A DNA stretch of 60,500 bases, filler included. It is 3 parts of 3 records of this genome, joined end to end, with 100 filler letters (N's around TTAATTAATTAA, not from the genome) between each part and the next. Parts side by side here need not be neighbours in the genome. Positions count along the whole stretch, not along the records: positions 1 to 30,159 come from SRR20825019_160; positions 30,260 to 38,228 come from SRR20825019_161; 1 more part is not named here. The stretch is one strand, 5' to 3'. How positions within the stretch are numbered: the stretch's first letter is position 1; the number at the start of each line of letters is the position of its first letter. This document shows, piece by piece, positions 28,201-36,899 of the stretch. The translations under genes and the position numbers were made by a program. The notes under the pieces are model-generated. The model searched no databases. It was not told the origin of the DNA and saw only the letters and a program-made list of their open reading frames with translations.

Positions 28201-30159
28201 GTTACCGGAAACAGTGTCCACCCCGTCGCCCGCCGTGATGGCGTCGTTACCGGCACCGCCATCGATAACGTCGTTACCGCCGCCACCGAAGATCGCATCG
28301 TCACCGTCACCGCCGCTGATGGTCTCCTGGATATCTGCGCCCGTGACCGAGTCATTGCCCGCGCCGCCGTCGATGCTGTCGGAGCCTCCGGTATTGACGA
28401 TGGTGTCGTCACCGGCGCCGCCGGAAACCGTGTCTGCATCTGCGCCACTGTCGATCTGGTCATTTCCGTCGCCGCCGGAAATCAGGTCGTTGCCCGCGCC
28501 GCCGGAGACCGTGTTCTGGCCTGATCCAGTCTCGATGCTGTCATCGCCCGCGCCACCGTCGAGGGCGTCATTGCCATCGCCACCGGAAAGAGTATCCGCA
28601 CCGTCGCCACCATCGAGGCTGTCGTCACCGGCCGCTCCGTCAAGAATGTCCGCTCCGGCATTGCCGCTGAGAGTGTCGGAACCCGTACCGCCATCGATCG
28701 TGTCGTCGCCAGCGCCGCCATCAAGGATGTCGTCACCCGCGTCGCCATCGAGGCTGTCATTGCCGGCCCCGCCGCTCAGGGTGTCGTTATCCGCACCGCC
28801 GTTGAGGCTGTCGTCGCCATCGCCGCCTTCAAGCTGATCGCTTCCGGCTGCACCGGACAGCGTATCGTTGCCGTCCGCACCGTCGAGCGCATCGTCGCCG
28901 GTGCCGCCATCAAGGCTGTCATTTCCGAGACCGCCATCAAGCGTGTCTTCGCCCGCACCGCCGGTGATCTGGTCGTTTCCGGTTCCGCCATCGACGGAGT
29001 CATTGCCGTCACCACCAGCCAGCGTGTCGTCTCCGCTTGCGCCGGAAAGGGTATCCGCCCCGATACCGCCATCGACGGAGTCATTGCCATCGCCACCATC
29101 CAGCAGATCGTTACCCGTGCCGCCGTCGATGGTGTCGTCGCCACCGAGGCCATCGATTGTGTCGTCACCATCGCTGCCAACCAAGCTGTCGGCGCCTTCC
29201 GACGCCGTGACGTCAGGGGAGAAGCTGATGGAGGTCTTGCCGTCAGTCGTCGTGGTGGTGACCGAATGGAATTCGCCGGCCATGCTGAACGTGGCATCCG
29301 CCGAGCCATTGCCGTCCGCATCGATTGAAACGGTGGTGGTGCCGTCGGAATAGGCCAGCGTTACCGCATCGTCGCCGAAAGAGGCATTCGCGATGATCAG
29401 ATCGCCCGCATCCGGATCGTAATCAGTGATGCTGTCGCCATCGAGATCCGCAAGATCGCCGACAAAGCTGTCCGCGCCGTCGCCACCCGCGAGCGTGTCG
29501 GCACCCGCGCCGCCGGTGATTTCGTCATCGCCCGCACCGCCGGAGATCTGATCGTTGCCTGCGCCACCATCAATGGTTTCGGCATCGCCGCCGCCAGTGA
29601 CGACATCATTACCGTCTCCGGCCGAGATTCTATCGGCACCGCCGCCGCCTGAAATGCTGTCATCACCGGCACCGCCGTCGATGGTCTCCGCCGAGTTGCT
29701 GCCCGTGATGACGTCGTTGCCCGCACCGCCGTCGAGACTGTCAGCTCCGCCCTGGTTGTCGAGCGTATCGTCGCCTTCACCGCCGAGAACCGTGTCGTCC
29801 CCGCTCCCTGCCGTGATTGCGTCATTGCCGGTACCGCCGTCGAGCACATCATTGCCGCCGCCGCCAGTGAGCTGATCTGCATCCGCGCCCCCTGAGAGGG
29901 TATCTGCGTCCGCGCTGCCGATCAGCGTGTCGTTACCCACGCCACCATCCATGGCGTCGGAGCCAGTCCCGCCGTCCAGCAGGTCATTCCCGGCACCGCC
30001 ATAAAGGGCGTCGTCATCACCGCCACCCGACAGGATGTCATTACCCGCGCCGCCATAAAGCTGGTCGCTCCCGGCACCGCCGGAAAGCGCATCGTCGCCT
30101 TCAAAACCGGCAAGCACGTCGTCGCCGGCAAGACCGTCGAGCGTGTCGTTGCCTGCGAG
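25228..30159 (-). CDS. Large RTX calcium-binding secreted protein with 4 internal ~90-aa repeats and 8 C-terminal FG-GAP repeats (5' truncated at contig end)
   Basis: Frame is open to the contig edge. Extensive GGxGxD arrays, repeated 'DLDGDSITD..PD.GDL.IANASF..DAVTL..SDG.TTVSIDADGNG.ADA.F' unit. C-terminus is paralogous to the downstream gene. Confidence 0.9.
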   Translation of the reverse strand, partial: LAGNDTLDGLAGDDVLAGFEGDDALSGGAGSDQLYGGAGNDILSGGGDDDALYGGAGNDLLDGGTGSDAMDGGVGNDTLIGSADADTLSGGADADQLTGGGGNDVLDGGTGNDAITAGSGDDTVLGGEGDDTLDNQGGADSLDGGAGNDVITGSNSAETIDGGAGDDSISGGGGADRISAGDGNDVVTGGGDAETIDGGAGNDQISGGAGDDEITGGAGADTLAGGDGADSFVGDLADLDGDSITDYDPDAGDLIIANASFGDDAVTLAYSDGTTTVSIDADGNGSADATFSMAGEFHSVTTTTTDGKTSISFSPDVTASEGADSLVGSDGDDTIDGLGGDDTIDGGTGNDLLDGGDGNDSVDGGIGADTLSGASGDDTLAGGDGNDSVDGGTGNDQITGGAGEDTLDGGLGNDSLDGGTGDDALDGADGNDTLSGAAGSDQLEGGDGDDSLNGGADNDTLSGGAGNDSLDGDAGDDILDGGAGDDTIDGGTGSDTLSGNAGADILDGAAGDDSLDGGDGADTLSGGDGNDALDGGAGDDSIETGSGQNTVSGGAGNDLISGGDGNDQIDSGADADTVSGGAGDDTIVNTGGSDSIDGGAGNDSVTGADIQETISGGDGDDAIFGGGGNDVIDGGAGNDAITAGDGVDTVSGNAGNDTIVNIGGTDSLDGGAGNDIISGSAADETLSGGADDDTLSGGGGNDVLDGGDGNDVITAGSGVDTVLGGSGDDTIVNEGGADNVSGGDGNDVITGSTTAETIDGGAGDDTISGGGGTDSIDGGDGNDQITGGNNAETIDGGAGDDLISGGSGDDSIAAGSGNDTIDGGAGADSIVGSLDDLDGDSITGFDPDEGDLVIANASFGDDAVTLTYSDGITTVSIDADGNGSADATFSMTGEYHSVTTETADGKTSISFSPDVTATAGDDSLIGTDGDDTISGLAGNDTIDGGAGNDVLDGGAGNDVLSSGAGDDQISGGSGDDSIMAGAGADTISGGTGADSIVGSLAELNGDRISDFDPDSGDLVIANASFSADAVTLIPGIGVTTVSIDADGNGLADASFTLDGTFLSVTATTADGRTSLSFSPDLLPTELADTLTGGADADTISGLAGNDLLDGGAGNDLLDGGEGDDTLSGGSGVDTLVGGSGADLILGGAGADMLTGGAGNDTFQGTESEFSGDTISDLADGDSVLIKGAEFSGDNVTLTITDGVTTVSIDSNGDGNADASFTLDGEFRSVTASTAAGDTTLAFSTAAPVNPNLEKYQVQATGDFNGDGKQDLLLVSDKSNVSVWTLDGATPDAKGLTGALNRGGDFSIQAVGDFDGDGDDDILLHGSDGAISVWEMNGTTADAKVYSGRIQSGWEITGTADFDGDGGLDILLRSQDGAVSVWEMDGGTVTNRSYAGQMSSDWTVESISDFNGDGKADILARNSDGAVSVWEMDGGTASGKSYAGSLDSSWDIQTTADFNGDGKQDIMAVKDDGSVSVWEMDGGTASSKGFAGKLGTGWEVRAVEDFTGDGKADILTTGADGTVSVWEMDGSTVTARTYVGKLGEGWEIKEIADFNGDGSSDLLTANANGVVSLWEMDAGGTSEKAYVGQLQAGWEIGKISDFNGDGTADIQLQNTDTGQVSIWEMDGSDVVVAGLTGNLWNDLI

Positions 30160-30259
30160 NNNNNNNNNNNNNNNNNNNNNNNNNNNNNNNNNNNNNNNNN
30201 NNNTTAATTAATTAANNNNNNNNNNNNNNNNNNNNNNNNNNNNNNNNNNNNNNNNNNNN
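30160..30259. other. Artificial contig spacer
   Basis: N44-TTAATTAATTAA-N44 (stops in all six frames). Confidence 0.98.
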
Positions 30260-30330
30260 AATAAAATAAAATAAAATAAAATAAAATAATAAAAAAATAA
30301 AATAAAAAATGAATAAATAAAAAATAAAAT
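30260..30330. repeat. (AAAAT)n microsatellite inside an intron, at the contig end
   Basis: Direct reading. Follows the minus-strand donor G|GTGAGA at 30339. Confidence 0.85.
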
Positions 30331-30339
30331 ATTTCTCAC

Positions 30340-33300
30340 CTGTGGCCCATTTGGCGACCATCATCCAGTCAAACGCCGAATCAGCACATAGGATCTCCCC
30401 GTCAAGCATATCAATCTCCGCACGCATCAGGAGGTATTCAGGCTTTGTCGACAGCAGGATCATTGGCACCTGAATCCTCCACTCCGCCTCTTCATTCAAG
30501 AACCTGGTCGCGTCGTCAGGTCACCCTCATCTCAAACATACTCTCCCTCAAGAATGGGTACCTGGGGCAATTTTCGTTTTTCTCACAGCTCGAACGATGC
30601 ACAATAACGGTTTTCGGGCCGCGAACAGCAATGCTCTGCTTCCATGTCTCGATCTGAACGACAACTGTGTTGATATCCGTGAATGATGTACCCTTGCAAT
30701 ATATGTGCACATCATATGATGAAGCGCCCTCCTCCTTCTTGGTATGGAATCGATAGTCTTCAACAGCTGTAAACGTAACGCTCTATGAGAAATATTCGCT
30801 CGAGTCATATACAACCCTTACATAAGCGGTTCTCTACGTGCACAATGGTTGTACCAAGGATCTCCAAGTCGTCATAGTGGAGCGAATTGGGGTTGAGACT
30901 AAACATCGATGATGACGGGAAGCAAGACCTCGGCTGCGACCACACACATAAGCTCGTCGTCATCATGTCACTCGGCGTTGCACTCACCTTGGCAAGCAGT
31001 TCCCGCATGACGTTGACGTCTTGGTGAACAAGCCTTTGATACGATGCCGAATCTACCTTTCCCAGAGGAGTGTACATGATATTGGTGTATGCCGGAGTGA
31101 AGTAGGGGTGATCCATAAGTTCTGTCACTGAAGCGCGCTTTGTCGGGTTGAAATGAAGCATCTTTGAGAGAAGAGTGAAAGCCTCCAGCCCAAATATTCT
31201 CGCAACGTCAAAGACAGAAGGAGCGGAACGGAAATAGGAGGTCGCTACTGCAGCCTCAGTCAGCTGATGCGCCCGGTCTTGGTTCCTCTCCAGTGGTCCC
31301 CAGGGGTATAGCGCGTAGGCTTGAGAATTCGAATTGCTCAGGGCCTTGCTCAGTACAACCATCTGTAACAGAAACATGTCGAACGGAGAACGATACACCG
31401 GTCCCCTATCATTGAGACCAAGCTTGTCAATAGTGTCCCGTGAAACTATCCTGTTCTGGGCAAATCCTGCAGTGAAGCTTTCATATAGCCAATATCTGGA
31501 TCCTGTACTGGTATTAGCTCCCCCCTTATCCACAATTCCCTAGCATGGACAAACCTGATACAATCTCCATGAATATCACACCAACGGAAAACACGTCGAA
31601 CTTCAGAAGATGCGGCATGCTTGGAAACCTCTCTATTGCCTTTGCGGCGTCCTTCCTATTGGGTTTGCGGCGATAGAAAGGAGTGTCAATTTCTCCCAGC
31701 AGCAGCTCCAGAGCCTCGAGGTTTTCGGAGTCGGAGTTTGTAAGCTCCGAGATGGCAGGGAGAAGGGACTTGGCGCTAGCGTTCTCTAGCGCCGTCTGAA
31801 TGAGGTTCTCCGGTGGCATGCATGTCATTGTAGTCATTTCTCCGACCTCACGATAGTGTTCCTGAAAGTAAAAGTCAGTAAGCAAGGAATATTGCCACGC
31901 ACTCCGATATGAAGAAACCGCTAGATTTGACCAAGAAAATCCGGTTGCAGAAAGGAGAACGTATTGCTTACCGGAATATCATTGACGCTCATAGAGCGGT
32001 CAAAGTCGGCATACTTCAGGTTGATGGATGACGGGATGAGGTCTTCGTCCACTTCGGCCATCAAAACATTGTCGACCTTGATGTCACGGTGGACAATACC
32101 AAACCGAGACTGCATGACCCGCACTCCCTGCACTAGCTGCACCATGATGGCACGAACTACATCAGGTCTATCCATCAAGGCGAGGCGATGTTCCTAGAAT
32201 ATACTATGGTCAGAATTTTCATATCCGAACGCGGCAGCTTGGGGCAGCTTACATTCAAAAGGCGGTCGAGGCTATATGGCATATACTCAAAGACTAGCCC
32301 CACATACATGAATCCAGGGCATTCCGCGATGTCACCAGAGCCAATGAACTCCTTAAAATACCCGTAGTAACCTACGATCCTGTCGGATTGGACGTTGCTT
32401 CGTCTCATATTCTCATTGAGGTACAGTTCCGTGAGGGAATTTTCGTACATATACTCCGTGTATACGATCGGTCGTTTCACGACCACCTTGCGACCTGTAA
32501 CCGAACAATAAACGCGTTACTTTCCCATCCAGGAAAACAAAAATGAATGAATATGGGACGCACCTCCGTAGTTTGCAAGAGTTGCGGTGTGGAGGCAATG
32601 TGTTGGAGTGCGGGTGAGGTACTCTTGCTTGCTGAACGTAATCTTCTCTCCCAGCTCCTCATTGAAGTGCTCCAACTTGGAATAGATCTTTTCAAAGATG
32701 TTGATCTGTTCGGCCCCCTTTCCAGGATCGCCATCCAACCGAATCTTGTTCAGTGCGTCCCAATCGATTCCATTGGCCTTGAACTTGTCGAAGAGGTCTA
32801 TTTTTGTCTTGGTACGGTACTGGCCAACAGGGCCTATGCAGAAGCACTGCCATCAGCGTCGTTGCTACACCAACCATGCCAACTTACCCGACTCAGTCGA
32901 ATCCATTCCCCAGTGAGAAGTGATCGCATGTGCACGCTTAAGGCATTGAAAGGAAGACATCGGGGTCGGCCCGGCTACCAGAAGGTTCATAAGGTCCAGG
33001 CAAAGCCTATAATCGGCACGGACATGCAAGTGATTCATGCACCCCTGTCGGCGGGTGACAGGCTCCACCTTCTCCTCCCGTGGCAGCCCATCAAACATCT
33101 GGTGACACATTCTCAACGGCCTCACAGTCACCGAACGGCGGTGGTGGATCTCCTCGTAACCAGGCGCTTTGAGTTTCTTCGAGAACATGCGGTGTGCACT
33201 GGGGGACTTGTCAAACGTTCCAAAGCTCTTCTCCTCCTTCTCAATCTTCGCATCGTCATCAACATCAGCATCATCCTCGCCAACAGTACTTCCTATGGTC

Positions 33301-33707
33301 TCCGTTTCACTCTCAGCCTCCGTATCAGTATCTTCAGAGTCACTGAAGCCCCCGGCATCGGCCACCTCTTGAAGCCGACGCATGTCGCCTCTCAAAACCT
33401 TCTCTTCTTCACTGGGCAGTGGAGACGGCGACCGGGCATCCTGGAAAGTCTCACCCGGAGGTGGTATGTTCACCTCAGCAATGCCGTGCTCGTCTGAAAG
33501 CAAGGGGCTACCACTGGGAGCCTCCCGCTCCGGCGGCACATCGCGTTCTCGAGCGCTTGGAATGCCATAGTACGCTCTTAAATCCTTACGGGCTTGGTCC
33601 ATCTCACTGCTGGATAGACGAGAGTCACGGGAGGGATCCGAGCAAGTGGCGGTCGCCACAAGGGCCACACACATCGCCGCAATGACCACGGCCTTCTGTG
33701 CGCCCAT
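30340..33707 (-). CDS. Eukaryotic multi-exon atypical protein kinase with N-terminal signal peptide (>970 aa, 3' truncated)
   Basis: Kozak ACCATGG. Exons 33707-32888, 32833-32564, 32494-32253, 32193-31972, 31861-31555, 31502-30838, 30782-30562, 30503-30340 splice in frame through GT-AG introns (54, 69, 59, 110, 52, 55, 58 nt), most with CTRAY-like branch points. Motifs VVVK, HRDIKVDN, DFD, PPE, DVFSVG, ML.FNP.KR.S..E...HPYF. Confidence 0.85.
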
Positions 33708-33879
33708 GGTGTCAACCAAAGTCGAAGTCCGGCCTGACAGTCAGTTGACGTTGCCACCCGTAAGCAAGGCTACCTCTTCCATCGCATTTTTAAATAAGGG
33801 GCAGAGGCTGACGCTGGGCCATCCGGCTGGCCAAACACACCCGAGCGCCACCTGTTGCGGGAAGCCGGGAAGGGCAGCT

Positions 33880-34690
33880 GCTGTGAATGTGACCAGCCGG
33901 CGAGGCCAGCCCGCGGGTGCGGCACCGTAGAGCCCTGGCACGCACTTCCGGTTCGGCCAGTATCAGGCCGGTCGCCGGTGCGGTCGACCGGTCCAGGGCG
34001 GCCGCGCGGCCAGCTGCCCAGCCGGCGCCGGCGTCGAGCTGAGTGAGCCAGCCGGGCCGGCCCAACCTCCGACTCCGGCAGTCCACCCGCCGCCGGCCAG
34101 GGCCTCCCGTCCGGGTCTTGGCACCGGCGGGCGTGCCCGGCCCGGCCGGCGACGCCCCGGCCGCCCGCTCACCTGCCGGGCCGGCTCCGGCGGCGTCGAC
34201 CCGGGCACTGACCGGACGGCCGCCGAGGCCGCGGGCCTGGGGGCCCCCAGCCTAGTGTAGTGCCTAGCTAGTACCACGCGGCCGGGCGGGGGGGGCGGAC
34301 CTACGCACGAGTCGTCAGCGGAGGCACCCGCCGGCCGCGCGCCGCCTCTGCCGGCCCGGCACTCTCACTGATGAAGAGCAGTTCAGGCTGGCGGCGGGTG
34401 CCGTCACTACGTATTGTAATCAGTAAAAGAGTAACCGTCAATTACAGTATCAGAACCCAGTACAACAATGAGGACCCTCCGGCCGCGCACTGGCCGGCCC
34501 GCCGGGCCGCCGGCGCAGCGCGGCCGGGCCGGCGCCGCGCCGCCGGGCGCCCGCGGCGGGCCCCTCCGGCGCGGCTGCCCGGCCGGACTCCCTCCGCCGG
34601 CCCGCGGCCCGCCATCGCGAAAAAAATGCCTGCTGGCGGAGCCGGTCAGGTCGCGCCGCCCGGTGCCGCGGCCGCCGCGGCCGGCGCACA
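33880..34690. promoter_or_regulatory. Ultra-GC-rich intergenic island between divergent genes, with an AT-richer core (~34400-34475)
   Basis: Nearly pure G/C runs (CCGG, GGCC, GCCGGC) compared with roughly balanced coding DNA. Lies between two divergent starts. Confidence 0.5.
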
Positions 34691-34778
34691 TTCGTAGTTT
34701 GTTGGGTTCCATACACGCGCACCTACTGAAATATGCATATACCACTGCGTTGCATGTCTCGTTCCTCTAGACTAAGTC

Positions 34779-35543
34779 ATGTTCATCCCTCCCAACCTCT
34801 CTTCATCGCCCCAGCCGGCGAGCCACATCGAAGGTGCATCTGGCGGGGGGCCAAGTCAGGCCACTGATGGCACGGATGAACCCCAGGCTGTCGTTGCCGG
34901 CAGGTCTCGTGAGGAGTCCACCGGAGGACCAATGTCTATTGAAATGGGGGTCATCAACGAGAAGATCGGAGTAATTGTGAGCGGTGCCAGGGAGAGCCTG
35001 GACTTTTCAAACGGCGCATCGGGCGTGCGTGAGTCTTTGTCCGGCATTCGCCAGTTTGGAGTATCTGTTCTTGGCAAGGAGTCTGTGGGTAGGCAGCTGG
35101 TCCACCTCCTGTTCTTCCTGTATCTGGGTGGAGTTCTAGCATGCTACCGTCTCATTCCAGACTCGTATTGCTTTTCTAAGGGAGGGGTATCAGCATACTT
35201 ATGGCCAATTTTCGATATATTTCTGGGCATAGGGGAGGCAATCGTTCTCTCTATATATGGATTCCTCGGCTTTCTGGACCCCAGGCAAGTCCTGTACGCG
35301 TCCCGCCTATGTGTCCTATCGGTGTTTTATGTCTTGGCCGTGGTGGACGGAGTGCTCACGGGCTTCCTCAACTGCACCGGCACAGAAGGAGACTTCTTGT
35401 CGCAAGCTAGCCTTCTTTTTGCGGTTAGCCTCCTTACGCTCGCCGAGTCGTATTCGTATCTTGGCCGCTCAAAGGTTTCCCTTGGTTCCCAGGATGGCGC
35501 CAGTCACCCGAACGCCAATATTGTTGGTGGCTCCGTGCCTTAA
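34779..35543 (+). CDS. Hypothetical membrane protein (about 4 TM), single exon
   Basis: 254-aa ORF with a disordered S/G/P-rich N-terminus followed by four hydrophobic segments. No family recognised. Confidence 0.6.
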   Translation: MFIPPNLSSSPQPASHIEGASGGGPSQATDGTDEPQAVVAGRSREESTGGPMSIEMGVINEKIGVIVSGARESLDFSNGASGVRESLSGIRQFGVSVLGKESVGRQLVHLLFFLYLGGVLACYRLIPDSYCFSKGGVSAYLWPIFDIFLGIGEAIVLSIYGFLGFLDPRQVLYASRLCVLSVFYVLAVVDGVLTGFLNCTGTEGDFLSQASLLFAVSLLTLAESYSYLGRSKVSLGSQDGASHPNANIVGGSVP

Positions 35544-36127
35544 ACGCTAGAGACGATGTCGGATGAACCGTTCGGCAAGATTAGATATCAAAGTCAAGGC
35601 CTGTGAGTGTATGAGGGCGCGGGGATAGGATGTCTGTTATTGACATTCGCAATATCAAGTGGGATGCACAAACAAGGCCTGTTGTTGGTCCATGAATGTT
35701 TCATTGGGATAGATGAGGCGCTGGAGTGACTGTGCTTGGAACCCTGGCCACTCCAAGCGCACCGAGCGGACCCCAGTGGATTGCTGAAAAGATTTTCCCT
35801 CTTCTCTCCGCAGTATGGCCACAAGCAAACAAACAAACAAAGAATACAGTATGGCCTGGGCCTCGAAAGTCCAATGAAGCAATGAACTAATACTTGAAAG
35901 TGTCTCGTGTGTCTGCTGCGATCTGTCGATGGCTCCGGGGGCGGAGATGTATGACGAGGGGCGTACATCATGACCTTGGTCTAGCCATAATGGCTCGAGT
36001 GGTCTTTTCAGGGTGATTCCTGTTGATACGTCGTGAAGAGGCAACATTGACTTGGTTTTGACAGCCTACGATCCGGTTGAGCATTCCATGAGTTGATTTC
36101 TCATACATTTCGTGCGCCCGACCGGTG

Positions 36128-36823
36128 TCAGATTTTTCTAGCTGTGACTGCTCCATCCGGCTCCACCCTGGCTTCAACCTCCACGTAGCCTGCATTGCGG
36201 AGCTTGTACCGCGGCCCACCATACTCCCACGCCACATCGCTCCCATCCAAAAGGTTTTGTAACACAAGATCAAATAGTGTCTGGTGCCCCACCATCACTG
36301 TGACGTCAGGGGTGTCCCGCCGGGCAATCCGCTCTCGGATCCTCTCTGCGATGCGCTTTCCCCGCCGCTTGAACTCATTTTCATCCTCTCGCCCACACTC
36401 GCCTTCATACTCCCAGCCCGCAGTGGTTTCTTTGAACCGTTCGAATGAAAGGGATAAATTTTCAAATCCCCACGCCCCGATGGAATTTCTGATACCGTCG
36501 GTGGACTGCCCGGTGCAGTCGGGATCATTTCCAGCAGCTCCATACTCATACATCCCTCCATCCACGCATAGCGTAGTTGCGAGACTGCTGGCAAGGGGCA
36601 GCGCGGTCATTAGAGCGCGCGCCATCGGGCTTGTTCGAATTTCAACGGTAGTTTCTGGGGACTCGAACCTCGATGCCATCTCAATAGCAAGCTCCTGGAC
36701 CTGGGATATCCCTTTCTCAGAGAGGGGCGGATTATTTTTCTGTGCTGGCGTGCGCTGTGAGACAGGCAGAGCGTGGCCGTGCCGAATGAAAACAAGAGTG
36801 CTTTGACCGCCGGGACCCGCCAT
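36128..36823 (-). CDS. Histidine phosphatase (phosphoglycerate mutase-like) family protein
   Basis: FIRHGH, PPLSEKG..Q, TSPMARA..TA, VMVGH, L.NAG motifs. Confidence 0.88.
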   Translation of the reverse strand: MAGPGGQSTLVFIRHGHALPVSQRTPAQKNNPPLSEKGISQVQELAIEMASRFESPETTVEIRTSPMARALMTALPLASSLATTLCVDGGMYEYGAAGNDPDCTGQSTDGIRNSIGAWGFENLSLSFERFKETTAGWEYEGECGREDENEFKRRGKRIAERIRERIARRDTPDVTVMVGHQTLFDLVLQNLLDGSDVAWEYGGPRYKLRNAGYVEVEARVEPDGAVTARKI

Positions 36824-36899
36824 TCCGACCAGCCGCCAGGCCTCGCCACCATGAAGTCAGTCAAAATAGCTTTGTATGTATTAAGAATATCAGCGTCGG

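Noticed and set aside
2441-29882. Many long antisense or alternate-frame ORFs (e.g. 2441-3676, 8214-9596, 9695-10684, 25174-27279, 27593-28837)
   Set aside because: Shadow ORFs of high-GC genes with recognisable family motifs on the other strand or frame. They have no motifs of their own.
21429-30159. Short periodic DNA repeats suggesting a CRISPR array or DGR template/variable repeats
   Set aside because: They are coding GGxGxD and FG-GAP repeats with synonymous variation. There is no constant repeat-spacer structure, no cas or reverse transcriptase gene, and no A-specific divergence was evident.
30204-30215. TTAATTAATTAA palindrome (also 38273-38284)
   Set aside because: Artificial linker inside the N spacer.
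32547-33497. 316-aa plus-strand ORF
   Set aside because: Antisense to kinase exons 1-2, with no recognisable features.
34368-34400. CTGATGA as a hammerhead core or snoRNA C box
   Set aside because: No stem II followed by GAAA, and no suitably placed D box with a terminal stem.
33790-34770. Arg/Pro/Gly/Ala-rich ORFs in the GC islands (also 36773-38092)
   Set aside because: They result from stop-codon depletion in near-pure GC DNA and are open in several frames at once.
35655-36047. 130-aa minus-strand ORF with one hydrophobic stretch
   Set aside because: No motif, it lies in a probable 3' UTR region, and part of the hydrophobic stretch derives from a (CAAA)n microsatellite. It cannot be supported without transcripts.
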